Origin: Candidatus Kapaibacterium sp.
GTDB taxonomy: Bacteria; Bacteroidota; Ignavibacteria; Kapaibacteriales; UBA2268
DNA: 64,000 nucleotides
Direction: 5' to 3'
Assembly (NCBI GenBank): GCA_963665665.1
Contig: OY762428.1
Span: 4,640,001-4,704,000 of the forward strand
This document shows, piece by piece, positions 1-8,878 of the stretch; within the stretch, counting starts at the first letter, position 1, and every line of letters starts with the position of its first letter. A model generated the notes under the pieces. That model had not been told where the DNA came from and ran no database searches. It worked only from the letters and a program-made list of their open reading frames with translations. The position numbers were made by a program, and so were the translations under genes.

Positions 1-105
1 AATGTTAAATATTGATTCCCTTGCAGCATCCGATGTCGGCCTTACTCCGCTTAATACTTTTGAATTCAGGCGTCTGCCTTTAAATTCACCGCCAATAATT
101 CTCAT
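1..105 (-). CDS. rsmD: 16S rRNA m2G966 methyltransferase, N-terminal 35 codons (runs off window)
   Basis: Not in ORF track. My translation from ATG at 105 gives [35 protein letters not shown], the typical RsmD N-terminus (MRII.G..KGR.L...RPT.D..RE..FN). Confidence 0.9.
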   Translation of the reverse strand, partial: MRIIGGEFKGRRLNSKVLSGVRPTSDAARESIFNI

Positions 106-108
106 TTG

Positions 109-1038
109 TCAATAAATTTTAATTCTTTCAAAAAATGCGGGAAGTGCACCGCCGATACAAGGCGGGAACACATGAGAAACCCTCGAACAATAATCTCTTT
201 CCCTTTGGTTTAATTCCGTTGACATCATTCGGAAAGCATTCAGCCTTTGCACGTCGATGCCTTTTTTTACTGATTCTTCTTTCACTTTCAAATAGGCATC
301 TTTTGTAAGCCCGGCACCAAAAAGATATGCCTTGTCGATATAATCGGCATGTGATGCAAGCAGTTTGTCGTATTCCTGAGTGCAGATATCTGCCAGTTCG
401 TTTTCATCATTAATTGGTGCAAGGTTATAATATATCATTTTTCCCATGGCCATAAGGGTTATATCCACGAAATTATTCTGGATTCCGAAAATTGCAATTG
501 TCCCGTCAGCTAACTCGGGATAATTATAAAAGAATCCGGAAATAGCATTTAGCTGGGAAATTTCGATATTATCAATTTTGCCGTAGTATTGTTTGAAGAA
601 ATCTCCGATATTGGTCAAATCCTGCTTAGCTATGATAACAGCAAGAAGCATAGCTGTGCTTTCTTTTCCCGGATAAATTTTATAAACATTAGCTGCGAAA
701 TCCTCGAAACTGAATTTCGGGAATGTCTGCCTGATCTCTAAGCTGACAAGCTGACGCATTTGTTCCATATCCATGTCTTCGTTACCCGGAATCTGGGTAA
801 CGAGAACGGTATCACTGGGAATTGTAACGGATATCCGCTCTACATCACCGGGAATTTCTCCAAGCAGCTGTTTTATTTGATTCAATGATTCATCATCAGG
901 ATCAATTCCGGGCTGCTGGAAATCAAAAGCAGCTGAAGTGGAATTGATATAAGCAAGGTATAAACCTGATTGTCTCGGTTCAATAGCCGCAATATATGTG
1001 CGGTCGCTATTTAGAAATACTGATAAAGCTGTTTTCAT
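109..1038 (-). CDS. PilM-like / DUF3822-like actin-fold protein
   Basis: 309 aa. SVTIPSDTVLVTQIP...MRQLVSLEIRQTFP and AYLFGAG resemble the PilM/FtsA fold. Stop is 3 nt before the rsmD start. Confidence 0.55.
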   Translation of the reverse strand: MKTALSVFLNSDRTYIAAIEPRQSGLYLAYINSTSAAFDFQQPGIDPDDESLNQIKQLLGEIPGDVERISVTIPSDTVLVTQIPGNEDMDMEQMRQLVSLEIRQTFPKFSFEDFAANVYKIYPGKESTAMLLAVIIAKQDLTNIGDFFKQYYGKIDNIEISQLNAISGFFYNYPELADGTIAIFGIQNNFVDITLMAMGKMIYYNLAPINDENELADICTQEYDKLLASHADYIDKAYLFGAGLTKDAYLKVKEESVKKGIDVQRLNAFRMMSTELNQRERDYCSRVSHVFPPCIGGALPAFFERIKIY

Positions 1039-1206
1039 ATTCTTTTATTATTTTTCAACATCAGGTGAATTTATAAAATTTTTCGGAATTTCAAACATAA
1101 AATTGTGTCTATACTTGTTTTGATGTCAAAAAAATCAAATTAGCAAATTGAAAATATAGTCTAAACATTATTTCAATTGGAAGTCATTCTTATTAATATG
1201 AGAAGA

Positions 1207-1773
1207 TTATTGCAGTGAATCATTTATTTCATCAATATCAAAATACTCCGGATCAAAATCATCTCCATACAAATCCAAATATTCTTCGTATTCTTCATGG
1301 TCCGGATTTTTCCTGATTTCTAAAAAGGCTCTATATCTCCATATTCCGCCTGTATCCTCTGGTGGGGTTGAATTTTTTCCGGCAGTGCAGATCGGGATAT
1401 CCTGATCTTCCTTTCTGTCAATTATTTTTTCCAAAGTAATTACATGTTCCCATCCATCGCCAAAATCATATTCGTACTGTATCTTTTCTTTTTCTTTTTT
1501 TAACAAATCGGACAATTTGATTTTGGTATAACCTACAGTTTCAAATCCCATAAAGGAATCTTCTTCATCCTGGACAGAATATAAAGAACGTCCCTTGGCA
1601 AATTGATGTAAATGCCAATCACCCCAATCCATTACTGTTTGCATGATTTCATGAAGATCAGGTAATAATATATCCGGTGGAACCAAAATACGTCTCCAAA
1701 TTGCAGGTTTGGAGTTCTTTAAAGTTATTTTTATCTGATAAATCTTATCCTTAACATTTTTTTTAGTTTGCAT
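1207..1773 (-). CDS. plasmid pRiA4b ORF-3 family protein
   Basis: YQIKITL..SKPAIWRRILVP, LHEIMQTVMDW.DWHLHQF, YEYDFGDGWEH and PPEDTGG motifs. Confidence 0.85.
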   Translation of the reverse strand: MQTKKNVKDKIYQIKITLKNSKPAIWRRILVPPDILLPDLHEIMQTVMDWGDWHLHQFAKGRSLYSVQDEEDSFMGFETVGYTKIKLSDLLKKEKEKIQYEYDFGDGWEHVITLEKIIDRKEDQDIPICTAGKNSTPPEDTGGIWRYRAFLEIRKNPDHEEYEEYLDLYGDDFDPEYFDIDEINDSLQ

Positions 1774-1987
1774 TTTTTAGCACCAATCATCAGTTATTAA
1801 TAATATCGTTAAGTCTAATTCAAAAATTACTATATCCAAGCTATACTAAAATACTAATTCCGAAACAGAGGACAAAAATGGAATGTCATATTTCGATTTA
1901 TAAATTGCATTAATTTCAGATGATTTCAATTATAGCATAGTTATTGATAGCAAGTAAGCTGAAGAAGTATTTGTAAACGGAGTTAAA

Positions 1988-4276
1988 ATGAGAAAACCGG
2001 GCCTCAGCGTCTGTATGATAGTTAAAAATGAAGAATCAAACTTAGCTCAATGCCTTGATTCTGTGAAGGATATCGCCGCGGAAATAATTATTGTTGATAC
2101 CGGATCGACTGATAATTCTATTAAAATTGCACAAAATTATAAGGCCAATATTATCCATTACCAGTGGGATGACGATTTTTCAGCAGCGAGGAATATTTCA
2201 TTAGAAGCAGCTAAACAGCCATATATCCTGATTATTGATGCTGATGAAAGGCTTATGAATCCTCTGGTGGTAGATTCAATAATCAGGAATGCGGACGATA
2301 AAACAGGCCTTTGGCTGGTGAATGTTGTTTCAAATGCAGCAAAGCCTGACGGAACGGAAGAATCATATACAGCGAATCTGCCAAGGTTGTTCCTGAATTC
2401 TGAAAGATTCAAATTCGAAGGAATAATACACGAACAGGTAACATCATCAGTTATCAAAGCCGGATTTGGCATAAAACCTACTAATATTGTTATAAAACAT
2501 TCTGGTTACTCAATTTCTCCGGACAGGCTAAAGCAAAAATTTGAAAGAAATCTTAAGCTGATCAATAAGGCCTTGATATCAGAAAATGAGAACACATACC
2601 TACTGTATCAGAAAGGCAGGACACTGATGTCTCTGAACAGGCTGAAGGAATCAGAAGATTGTTTCTCAACAGTACTCGAAAAAGGTATGGACAGGCCTGA
2701 TATCCTGCCAATGGCTCTGAACTGGAGTGCATCGCTTGCACTAAAAATGAATGATCCGGCACTTGCTGAAAAAAGAGCCAAAGCAGCACTGAATATTGTT
2801 CCGGATCAGTCATATTCCTGGTTTATCCTCGGAGAAGTTTATTTTATGGCTCAGAAGTTTGATGATGCCTATCTTTCATACGGAATAATGGAGAAATCTC
2901 TTGATAAATTCCCTACGGCACGGGTTGATATTTTTCGTACCTCTCCGGAAATGATTGCCTTTAAAAAGGGGAAATGCCTTCTCAAACTTGGAAAATATCT
3001 TGATGCCGTAAAGGAATTTGAAAGAGGAATTACGATTAACAAGAAATATATTCATAATCTTGTTGGCCTGGCAAACGTTTCGTTGATTTTGAAAAAATTT
3101 AATCAGGCAAGAAATTTCCTGGGGAAAGCACTGGAAATTGAACCTGCAAATCGTGAGATACTTTCTTTCCTTGAGGTAGTAAATAGACAGTCGGGTTTGA
3201 AAATATCAAAATCAGGCAAGGAAATGCCACAAGAAGGAAATGTGAAAAAAGATAAGTCCCTGATCTCACTTTCTATGATAGTAAAAAATGAGGAAGAAAT
3301 GCTTCCGGATTGTCTGGAAAGTGTAAAAGAGATCGTTGATGAAATGATAATCGTTGATACCGGTTCAACTGATAAAACTATTGAAATAGCAAAAAGCTAC
3401 GGCGCTAATGTGATTGAGATGGAATGGGAAAATGACTTTTCGAAAGCCCGTAATGAGTCTCTGAAAAACTGTACCGGTGATTGGATACTTTATCTTGATG
3501 CTGATGAAAGGCTTGGATCGGAATCCGGAGATAACATCCGCTATATGCTTGAACATTCATCCGAGGAAACTGGAGCTTATATCTGCACTATCGAAAGCGA
3601 ACACCTGCAGGTGGACGGAAGATACAACCTTCACCGGGGTGGGTACCCGAGACTGTTTCGAAATTATGGTTATCCGGTTATTAAATTTTCCGGGAAAGTA
3701 CATGAGCAGATAACTCCTTCAATTAACGATGTTGGCGGAAAATTCCTGACATCAGACATTGTGATAGAACATCTTGGCTATAAGGTATCCCGAGAAGTTA
3801 TGGAGGCCAAAGTAAAAAGGAATTATAAACTATTGATGGAGCACGTTAAAGCTGACCCGCTAAATGGCTATGCATGGTTTCAGATTGGGCAGACCCTTGC
3901 ACAGATGGCTCTTTTCAAAGAAGCTGAAGAGGCGATAAAATTTGCATTGCAATCCGGGAATCTCTCAAAATCAGTATATGCCAGCGCAGCTTCAACTTTG
4001 TCGCAGATGTTGGGCAGTAAAAAGCAGTTTTCGGATGCTCTTCATTGGGCAGAGGAATCACTAAAAACCGTACCTGATCAGATTTATGCCTTAAACCTCA
4101 GGGCCTTTTCCCTTGTTTACCTTGGCAGATTCGAAGAAGCAGAAACAGATTTTCGACAGGTTTTGAAAAAAATGGATGAAAAAAAAGGCGTACCAATGAC
4201 AGCCTATGATGTCGGGCTGGACAAGAATATTGTCAACAAAGGCCTTGAATGGGCAATAAACAAAAAGGTAATTTAA
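1988..4276 (+). CDS. Glycosyltransferase with two GT2 domains, each followed by TPR repeats
   Basis: Two copies of S..MIVKNEE..L..CL.SV...IIVDTGSTD...W..DFS.ARN.SL...DADE..., each followed by a TPR-like helical region. Confidence 0.9.
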   Translation: MRKPGLSVCMIVKNEESNLAQCLDSVKDIAAEIIIVDTGSTDNSIKIAQNYKANIIHYQWDDDFSAARNISLEAAKQPYILIIDADERLMNPLVVDSIIRNADDKTGLWLVNVVSNAAKPDGTEESYTANLPRLFLNSERFKFEGIIHEQVTSSVIKAGFGIKPTNIVIKHSGYSISPDRLKQKFERNLKLINKALISENENTYLLYQKGRTLMSLNRLKESEDCFSTVLEKGMDRPDILPMALNWSASLALKMNDPALAEKRAKAALNIVPDQSYSWFILGEVYFMAQKFDDAYLSYGIMEKSLDKFPTARVDIFRTSPEMIAFKKGKCLLKLGKYLDAVKEFERGITINKKYIHNLVGLANVSLILKKFNQARNFLGKALEIEPANREILSFLEVVNRQSGLKISKSGKEMPQEGNVKKDKSLISLSMIVKNEEEMLPDCLESVKEIVDEMIIVDTGSTDKTIEIAKSYGANVIEMEWENDFSKARNESLKNCTGDWILYLDADERLGSESGDNIRYMLEHSSEETGAYICTIESEHLQVDGRYNLHRGGYPRLFRNYGYPVIKFSGKVHEQITPSINDVGGKFLTSDIVIEHLGYKVSREVMEAKVKRNYKLLMEHVKADPLNGYAWFQIGQTLAQMALFKEAEEAIKFALQSGNLSKSVYASAASTLSQMLGSKKQFSDALHWAEESLKTVPDQIYALNLRAFSLVYLGRFEEAETDFRQVLKKMDEKKGVPMTAYDVGLDKNIVNKGLEWAINKKVI

Positions 4277-4305
4277 AGTAGAGGTTTGGTTTTATTTAAT
4301 CTGAG

Positions 4306-4788
4306 TTACCCGGCAATTTCGATTGAATTCTTTTTAGTGATCTTTAGATTTGGGGAGGAATATTTTTTCCCGTTATCGGATTTTATTTGCAATCTGAATG
4401 TTGGAAATTTATTATCATTTCTCTGAATTGTCGCGATAAAATCGTCTAATCCTATCAATACGGCCATGTCACTCCTGCTCTCAACAACGTGAGGCAGGTG
4501 AATAGAGTCGGAAAAAGAACATAAAGAGATTTTCGTGCTTCCAATATTCTCTTTAATAAGGAAATCAATATCAATAATTTTCTCGGATTCCGATCTGGCA
4601 TTCCTGAAATTTAAATGTAGCAGGTCAACTCTGTTTTCCTTTCGAAGATTTATAGCAACAAAACATTTATCAGTAGTAAATGAAGTAATATTATTAAACT
4701 TCTTTTTCTTAAGCCTTTCTTTTCCAAGCCAGATTAAAGTTATTATTATTGTTACTATTGCTCCAACAATTATTTCATCGCTGCTCAT
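4306..4788 (-). CDS. Hypothetical protein with N-terminal membrane anchor
   Basis: 160 aa ORF filling the gap; hydrophobic N-terminus followed by a Lys-rich stretch. Confidence 0.55.
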   Translation of the reverse strand: MSSDEIIVGAIVTIIITLIWLGKERLKKKKFNNITSFTTDKCFVAINLRKENRVDLLHLNFRNARSESEKIIDIDFLIKENIGSTKISLCSFSDSIHLPHVVESRSDMAVLIGLDDFIATIQRNDNKFPTFRLQIKSDNGKKYSSPNLKITKKNSIEIAG

Positions 4789-4971
4789 ATTTATTACACT
4801 CCGGCAAATTAAAACATTACATGAGAGATGATAAGCTTTTTTAGTTCTAAATCCAAGCGTTAATTCAAATGTAATAACTGATAATTGTAACCATAATATT
4901 TATATTTTTGGCCTGGAATTAATATCGAAGCAAATCCAATTTTTTTTCTTAAATTTATAATAATAAGAATA

Positions 4972-5976
4972 TTGATAAGAAGTATGAAAAAAAATCGAGT
5001 ACAAATATTCCCGGACATGAAGAATGTAAAGAGAGTTATGACTTCAAAAACTCTTCTTGGCTCGGTTATGTTTGCTTTTGCCCTTTGGATGTACACGAAC
5101 CTGAATGACACAAATGTAACACGTGTTGACGTTCCGTTAACTATCCTTCTTCCGGAAAACAGGGCAGTGGAAAATGAAATGCCTGAATCAGCATCGGCGG
5201 AGTTCAGGGGCACCGGGTGGAATCTTTTTACATTGAAATATTTCAACTCAACTGCTAAATGTATTGTCGATCTAAGCCGCAGTAATAATCTTGATACCTT
5301 ATATAAAATATCACGTTCAGAAATGATGAAAAGCGTTAAGTATTTTTTAGATGTTGAACTTATGGATGTTATTCCTGAAAATATTAATCTTAAAACCGGT
5401 ATGATCGCTTCTAAAATGGTAGCTGTAAGGGCACTGGCTAATATAAAAACAAGGTCAGGTTTTGTACAGGTAGGCGATGTTGTTTCAGTTCCTGATAGTA
5501 TAGAAATAACAGGTAATTCCAAAATTGTTGATAAAATCAATGATGTAGAAACAAGAAAATTGTTAATTGATGATGCTCATCTTCCGTTTACACAATCGAT
5601 AGCAATGAATGATATAAATGATGCTCCTATTCAAATTAATCCTGATATTGTAAAATTATCGGTTGATATTCAACAGGCGGCTGATATAACTTTCGACGAT
5701 ATCAAAATAAAGATCAAAGGCGGCAGGCTTCCTAAGGGGCATATACTAAGTCCCGATTTAATTAAAGTAACTGTATTTGGAGGAATTAACCAGCTTGTTG
5801 ATTTCTCGAAGGATGATATTGAAATTACCGTCAGCTACGAAGCAATATTGAAAGACAGCACGGGAGTTTTAATCCCTAAAATCCAATTACCCCGGGGATT
5901 AAAACTTATCAGAACCGAGCCTGAATACATTTATCACTATGAAAATATAAGTTCCTCTTCCCTTGTAAAATATTAA
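4972..5976 (+). CDS. YbbR/CdaR-like domain protein (true start probably slightly downstream)
   Basis: N-terminal TM (SVMFAFALWMY) followed by three beta-rich YbbR-type repeats (PDSIEITG, PDLIKVTVFG). Confidence 0.75.
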   Translation: MIRSMKKNRVQIFPDMKNVKRVMTSKTLLGSVMFAFALWMYTNLNDTNVTRVDVPLTILLPENRAVENEMPESASAEFRGTGWNLFTLKYFNSTAKCIVDLSRSNNLDTLYKISRSEMMKSVKYFLDVELMDVIPENINLKTGMIASKMVAVRALANIKTRSGFVQVGDVVSVPDSIEITGNSKIVDKINDVETRKLLIDDAHLPFTQSIAMNDINDAPIQINPDIVKLSVDIQQAADITFDDIKIKIKGGRLPKGHILSPDLIKVTVFGGINQLVDFSKDDIEITVSYEAILKDSTGVLIPKIQLPRGLKLIRTEPEYIYHYENISSSSLVKY

Positions 5977-5989
5977 ACCGGATTTTCTA

Positions 5990-8827
5990 CTAACTTATAT
6001 ATTTGTTGACTGAATTAATTAGCTCTTCAAGCGTAAAAGGTTTCTTAAGGAATCCTGCATTGAAGTCATGTAAAATATTTTCAACTCTTTCACTTCTGCC
6101 GAAACCTGAAATTATCATTACTCTAACATCATTTTTAATTTTCACAAGTTTATCCAGCACTTCTTCGCCGGACATATCTGGCATTGACAGATCAAGGATT
6201 ACAAGATTAAAAGTACTATTATTTTTAAATATTTCAACACCTTCTATTCCTCTGGATGCCTGGGTTACATTATACCCCAGATCTTCAAGCATCTCACCAA
6301 CAAGTTCTCGAATGTCCTTTTCATCATCAATGATCAGTATCATTTCCCCTCCGGATGTTTCCTGCACTTTAATGTCCTCGTTATTGTTTAAAATTGTCTT
6401 ATTATTATTTGAAGGTAAATAAATTGTAAAAGTTGTTCCCTTCCCTACAATAGAATTAACTTTTAAAAATCCACGGTGCTGGTTAATTATTTTGTAAACC
6501 ATAGCAAGTCCCAGGCCGCTTCCTTTATTCTTTTTCAATGTATAGAAAGGTTCAAAAATTTTATCAATATTTTCTTTCTTAATGCCAACACCATTATCAG
6601 AAATTGTGATAGTAATGTAATCCGATACGGTATTAAAATCGCTATTCTTTCCAGGAATATTGATCTTTTTAACTTTTTGTACTGTGATATCAATTATTCC
6701 GCCCTGCTTTTCTTTATCTTTTTTCATAATTGTCAGAGCATGACTGGCATTGATCATTATATTCAGCAGGCATTGTTCAATCTGGTTGGAATCCGCTTCT
6801 AAAAATAATTCTTCATCCGGCATTTGATAATTGATTTTTATTGATTTATCGAATGAATTCCGGCATATATCAAGAATGGTGTTTATTGAATTACTCAGAT
6901 CAAACATATTTGTTTTCAAAAGTGATTTTTTTGATAACGAAAGCAGTTGATTAACGACTCCTGAAGCCCTCGAAGCGGAACTTTCCGATATTTGCAGCCT
7001 GGCACTGAGAGTTTCAATATCCGGTTCTCCGCTGTTGATAAGTTTACGCATTATAGAATTTGCAGAAATTATACCTGTTAGTATGTTATTGAAATCGTGG
7101 GCAATTCCAGCTGCAAGTTCGGAAAGAGATTCAAGTTTTTGTGCCTGAATCAATTGCCTGCGATTTATTTCTGATTCACTAACATCGTCAAGACGAATAA
7201 CTATGCCTTTCAAATCCTTCAATAATACAGGATAGAAAGAAATATTAAAGAACATATTTTCAAATTCAGGAAATTCCTGCCTGTATAGATTTAATGGCCT
7301 AAGAGTATTTTGAACGCTATTCAGATTATCCGAGAATTTGTTGAATATTGGCAGAGAATAAAAAAGGTTTTGCCCGCTAATAATATTCGGATCAATTTCA
7401 AAAAAATCGATCAAAGCCTGGTTAACTCTTGAAATTTTCATCTCTGTGTCAACAACTATCAGGCTTGACGGCATAGAGTTAATCAATTCATCAAGATAGT
7501 CGTTGGTTTCTTCGAGTTTTTCCTGAAAAGAAACCATTTGGCTGATATCACTGGAAATTGTAAGTATCGACTTTCTGCCCTGGTAATCGATTATTTTGTT
7601 TGAAGCATGATAAGTTCTTTTATTATTGTTGTTACTCAATTGTATTTCAGATGTACTGATCAAGTCATCCTTATCCATTCTTTTCACTACATCAAGAATT
7701 TGCTTTTTTGAAATCCCGATACCCAGCCTAAGGGGACTTTTCCCGATTACATCAATTTTGTTTTTTTTGTGGTTGCGGAGAAAAGCATCATTGACTTGAA
7801 TGATTTTTAAAGTTTCATAATCAGTTATAATAATTTCATCAGGACTCTGATTAAATACTGTTCGAAAGGCCAGTTCAGATTCTTCAAGTTTTTTTTGTGC
7901 AATATGCTTTTCCTGTAACTCATTTCGTAGTTCCGCCGTTTTCAAATTAATTTGTTTTTTCAGGAACCAGATAAAAATCCAACCGATTACTGCTAAAAAT
8001 ATCAGTGGTATTAAAATCCAGCTAAGCAATTCAAGAGCCCTGCTAAAAGAAAACTCCCTTTCTTCATACACAGCAAACCATTTTTGGTAAATTTTATCAT
8101 ATTGGCCGGTGGTTTTTATGGCCTTCATACCTTCGTTAAGCTTGGCAAGCAGTTTTCTTTCCCCTTTTTGCACTGCAAAGCAATAATCATTTTGCAGGAA
8201 AGGGCTGCCAACAGGAACGATATTATCGATGTTGTTTTCTTCTGTAAATATTGTTCCCTGAATATATGAAACAAATGCGCAATCTCCGACACCCTGCGAT
8301 AGTGCCGGTAGGATCATGTTCCAGTCAACGTAAGTAATTACCGAATCGGAGATAGGATTTTTCATCAGGTATTCATGTGCAACATCAAGTTTTTGAACAA
8401 TGATTTTTTTTCCTATACAATCATTTATTGATTTAATGTCCGAACCCTTGCGAGTGAATATTCTGTAGGACCATGTGAAATGATGGGTGGAGAAATCAAA
8501 GTATTTTAATCGTTCACGTGTTCTGAACATACCGGTAAGGATATCAATTTCCGAGTTAATGAGTTCATCCCTTATTTCATCCCAAGGGCCTGTTTCAATA
8601 GTAATATTCATATCCATCGCTTTAGAAACAGCTTTCAGAATATCAACATTGAAACCGTCGGCAAGGCCCCGGTCATTTTTAAATTCAAAAGGAGCATAAC
8701 TTTCATCTGCTTTTGCAATAAAATGTTCCCCTGATTGAATTTTGCCAAAACCAAGGATAAAAATCAATAGCCAAATATAGAAATTTATTTTATTGTTCAC
8801 GTCCTGTCTAATAGTCGTTTTTTTCAA
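5990..8827 (-). CDS. Hybrid sensor histidine kinase (periplasmic amino-acid-binding domain, 2 PAS, HisKA, HATPase, receiver)
   Basis: YAPFEF...GFNVDI (SBP family 3), one TM, H-box AGIAHDFNNIL, DNGVGI, GSGLGL, receiver LIIDDE...LDLSMP...KPF. TTG start uncertain. Confidence 0.9.
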   Translation of the reverse strand: MKKTTIRQDVNNKINFYIWLLIFILGFGKIQSGEHFIAKADESYAPFEFKNDRGLADGFNVDILKAVSKAMDMNITIETGPWDEIRDELINSEIDILTGMFRTRERLKYFDFSTHHFTWSYRIFTRKGSDIKSINDCIGKKIIVQKLDVAHEYLMKNPISDSVITYVDWNMILPALSQGVGDCAFVSYIQGTIFTEENNIDNIVPVGSPFLQNDYCFAVQKGERKLLAKLNEGMKAIKTTGQYDKIYQKWFAVYEEREFSFSRALELLSWILIPLIFLAVIGWIFIWFLKKQINLKTAELRNELQEKHIAQKKLEESELAFRTVFNQSPDEIIITDYETLKIIQVNDAFLRNHKKNKIDVIGKSPLRLGIGISKKQILDVVKRMDKDDLISTSEIQLSNNNNKRTYHASNKIIDYQGRKSILTISSDISQMVSFQEKLEETNDYLDELINSMPSSLIVVDTEMKISRVNQALIDFFEIDPNIISGQNLFYSLPIFNKFSDNLNSVQNTLRPLNLYRQEFPEFENMFFNISFYPVLLKDLKGIVIRLDDVSESEINRRQLIQAQKLESLSELAAGIAHDFNNILTGIISANSIMRKLINSGEPDIETLSARLQISESSASRASGVVNQLLSLSKKSLLKTNMFDLSNSINTILDICRNSFDKSIKINYQMPDEELFLEADSNQIEQCLLNIMINASHALTIMKKDKEKQGGIIDITVQKVKKINIPGKNSDFNTVSDYITITISDNGVGIKKENIDKIFEPFYTLKKNKGSGLGLAMVYKIINQHRGFLKVNSIVGKGTTFTIYLPSNNNKTILNNNEDIKVQETSGGEMILIIDDEKDIRELVGEMLEDLGYNVTQASRGIEGVEIFKNNSTFNLVILDLSMPDMSGEEVLDKLVKIKNDVRVMIISGFGRSERVENILHDFNAGFLKKPFTLEELINSVNKYIS

Positions 8828-8878
8828 ACAGAATATAATAAAATTTTATTCATATACAATAATTTTAGTAATGAATAT

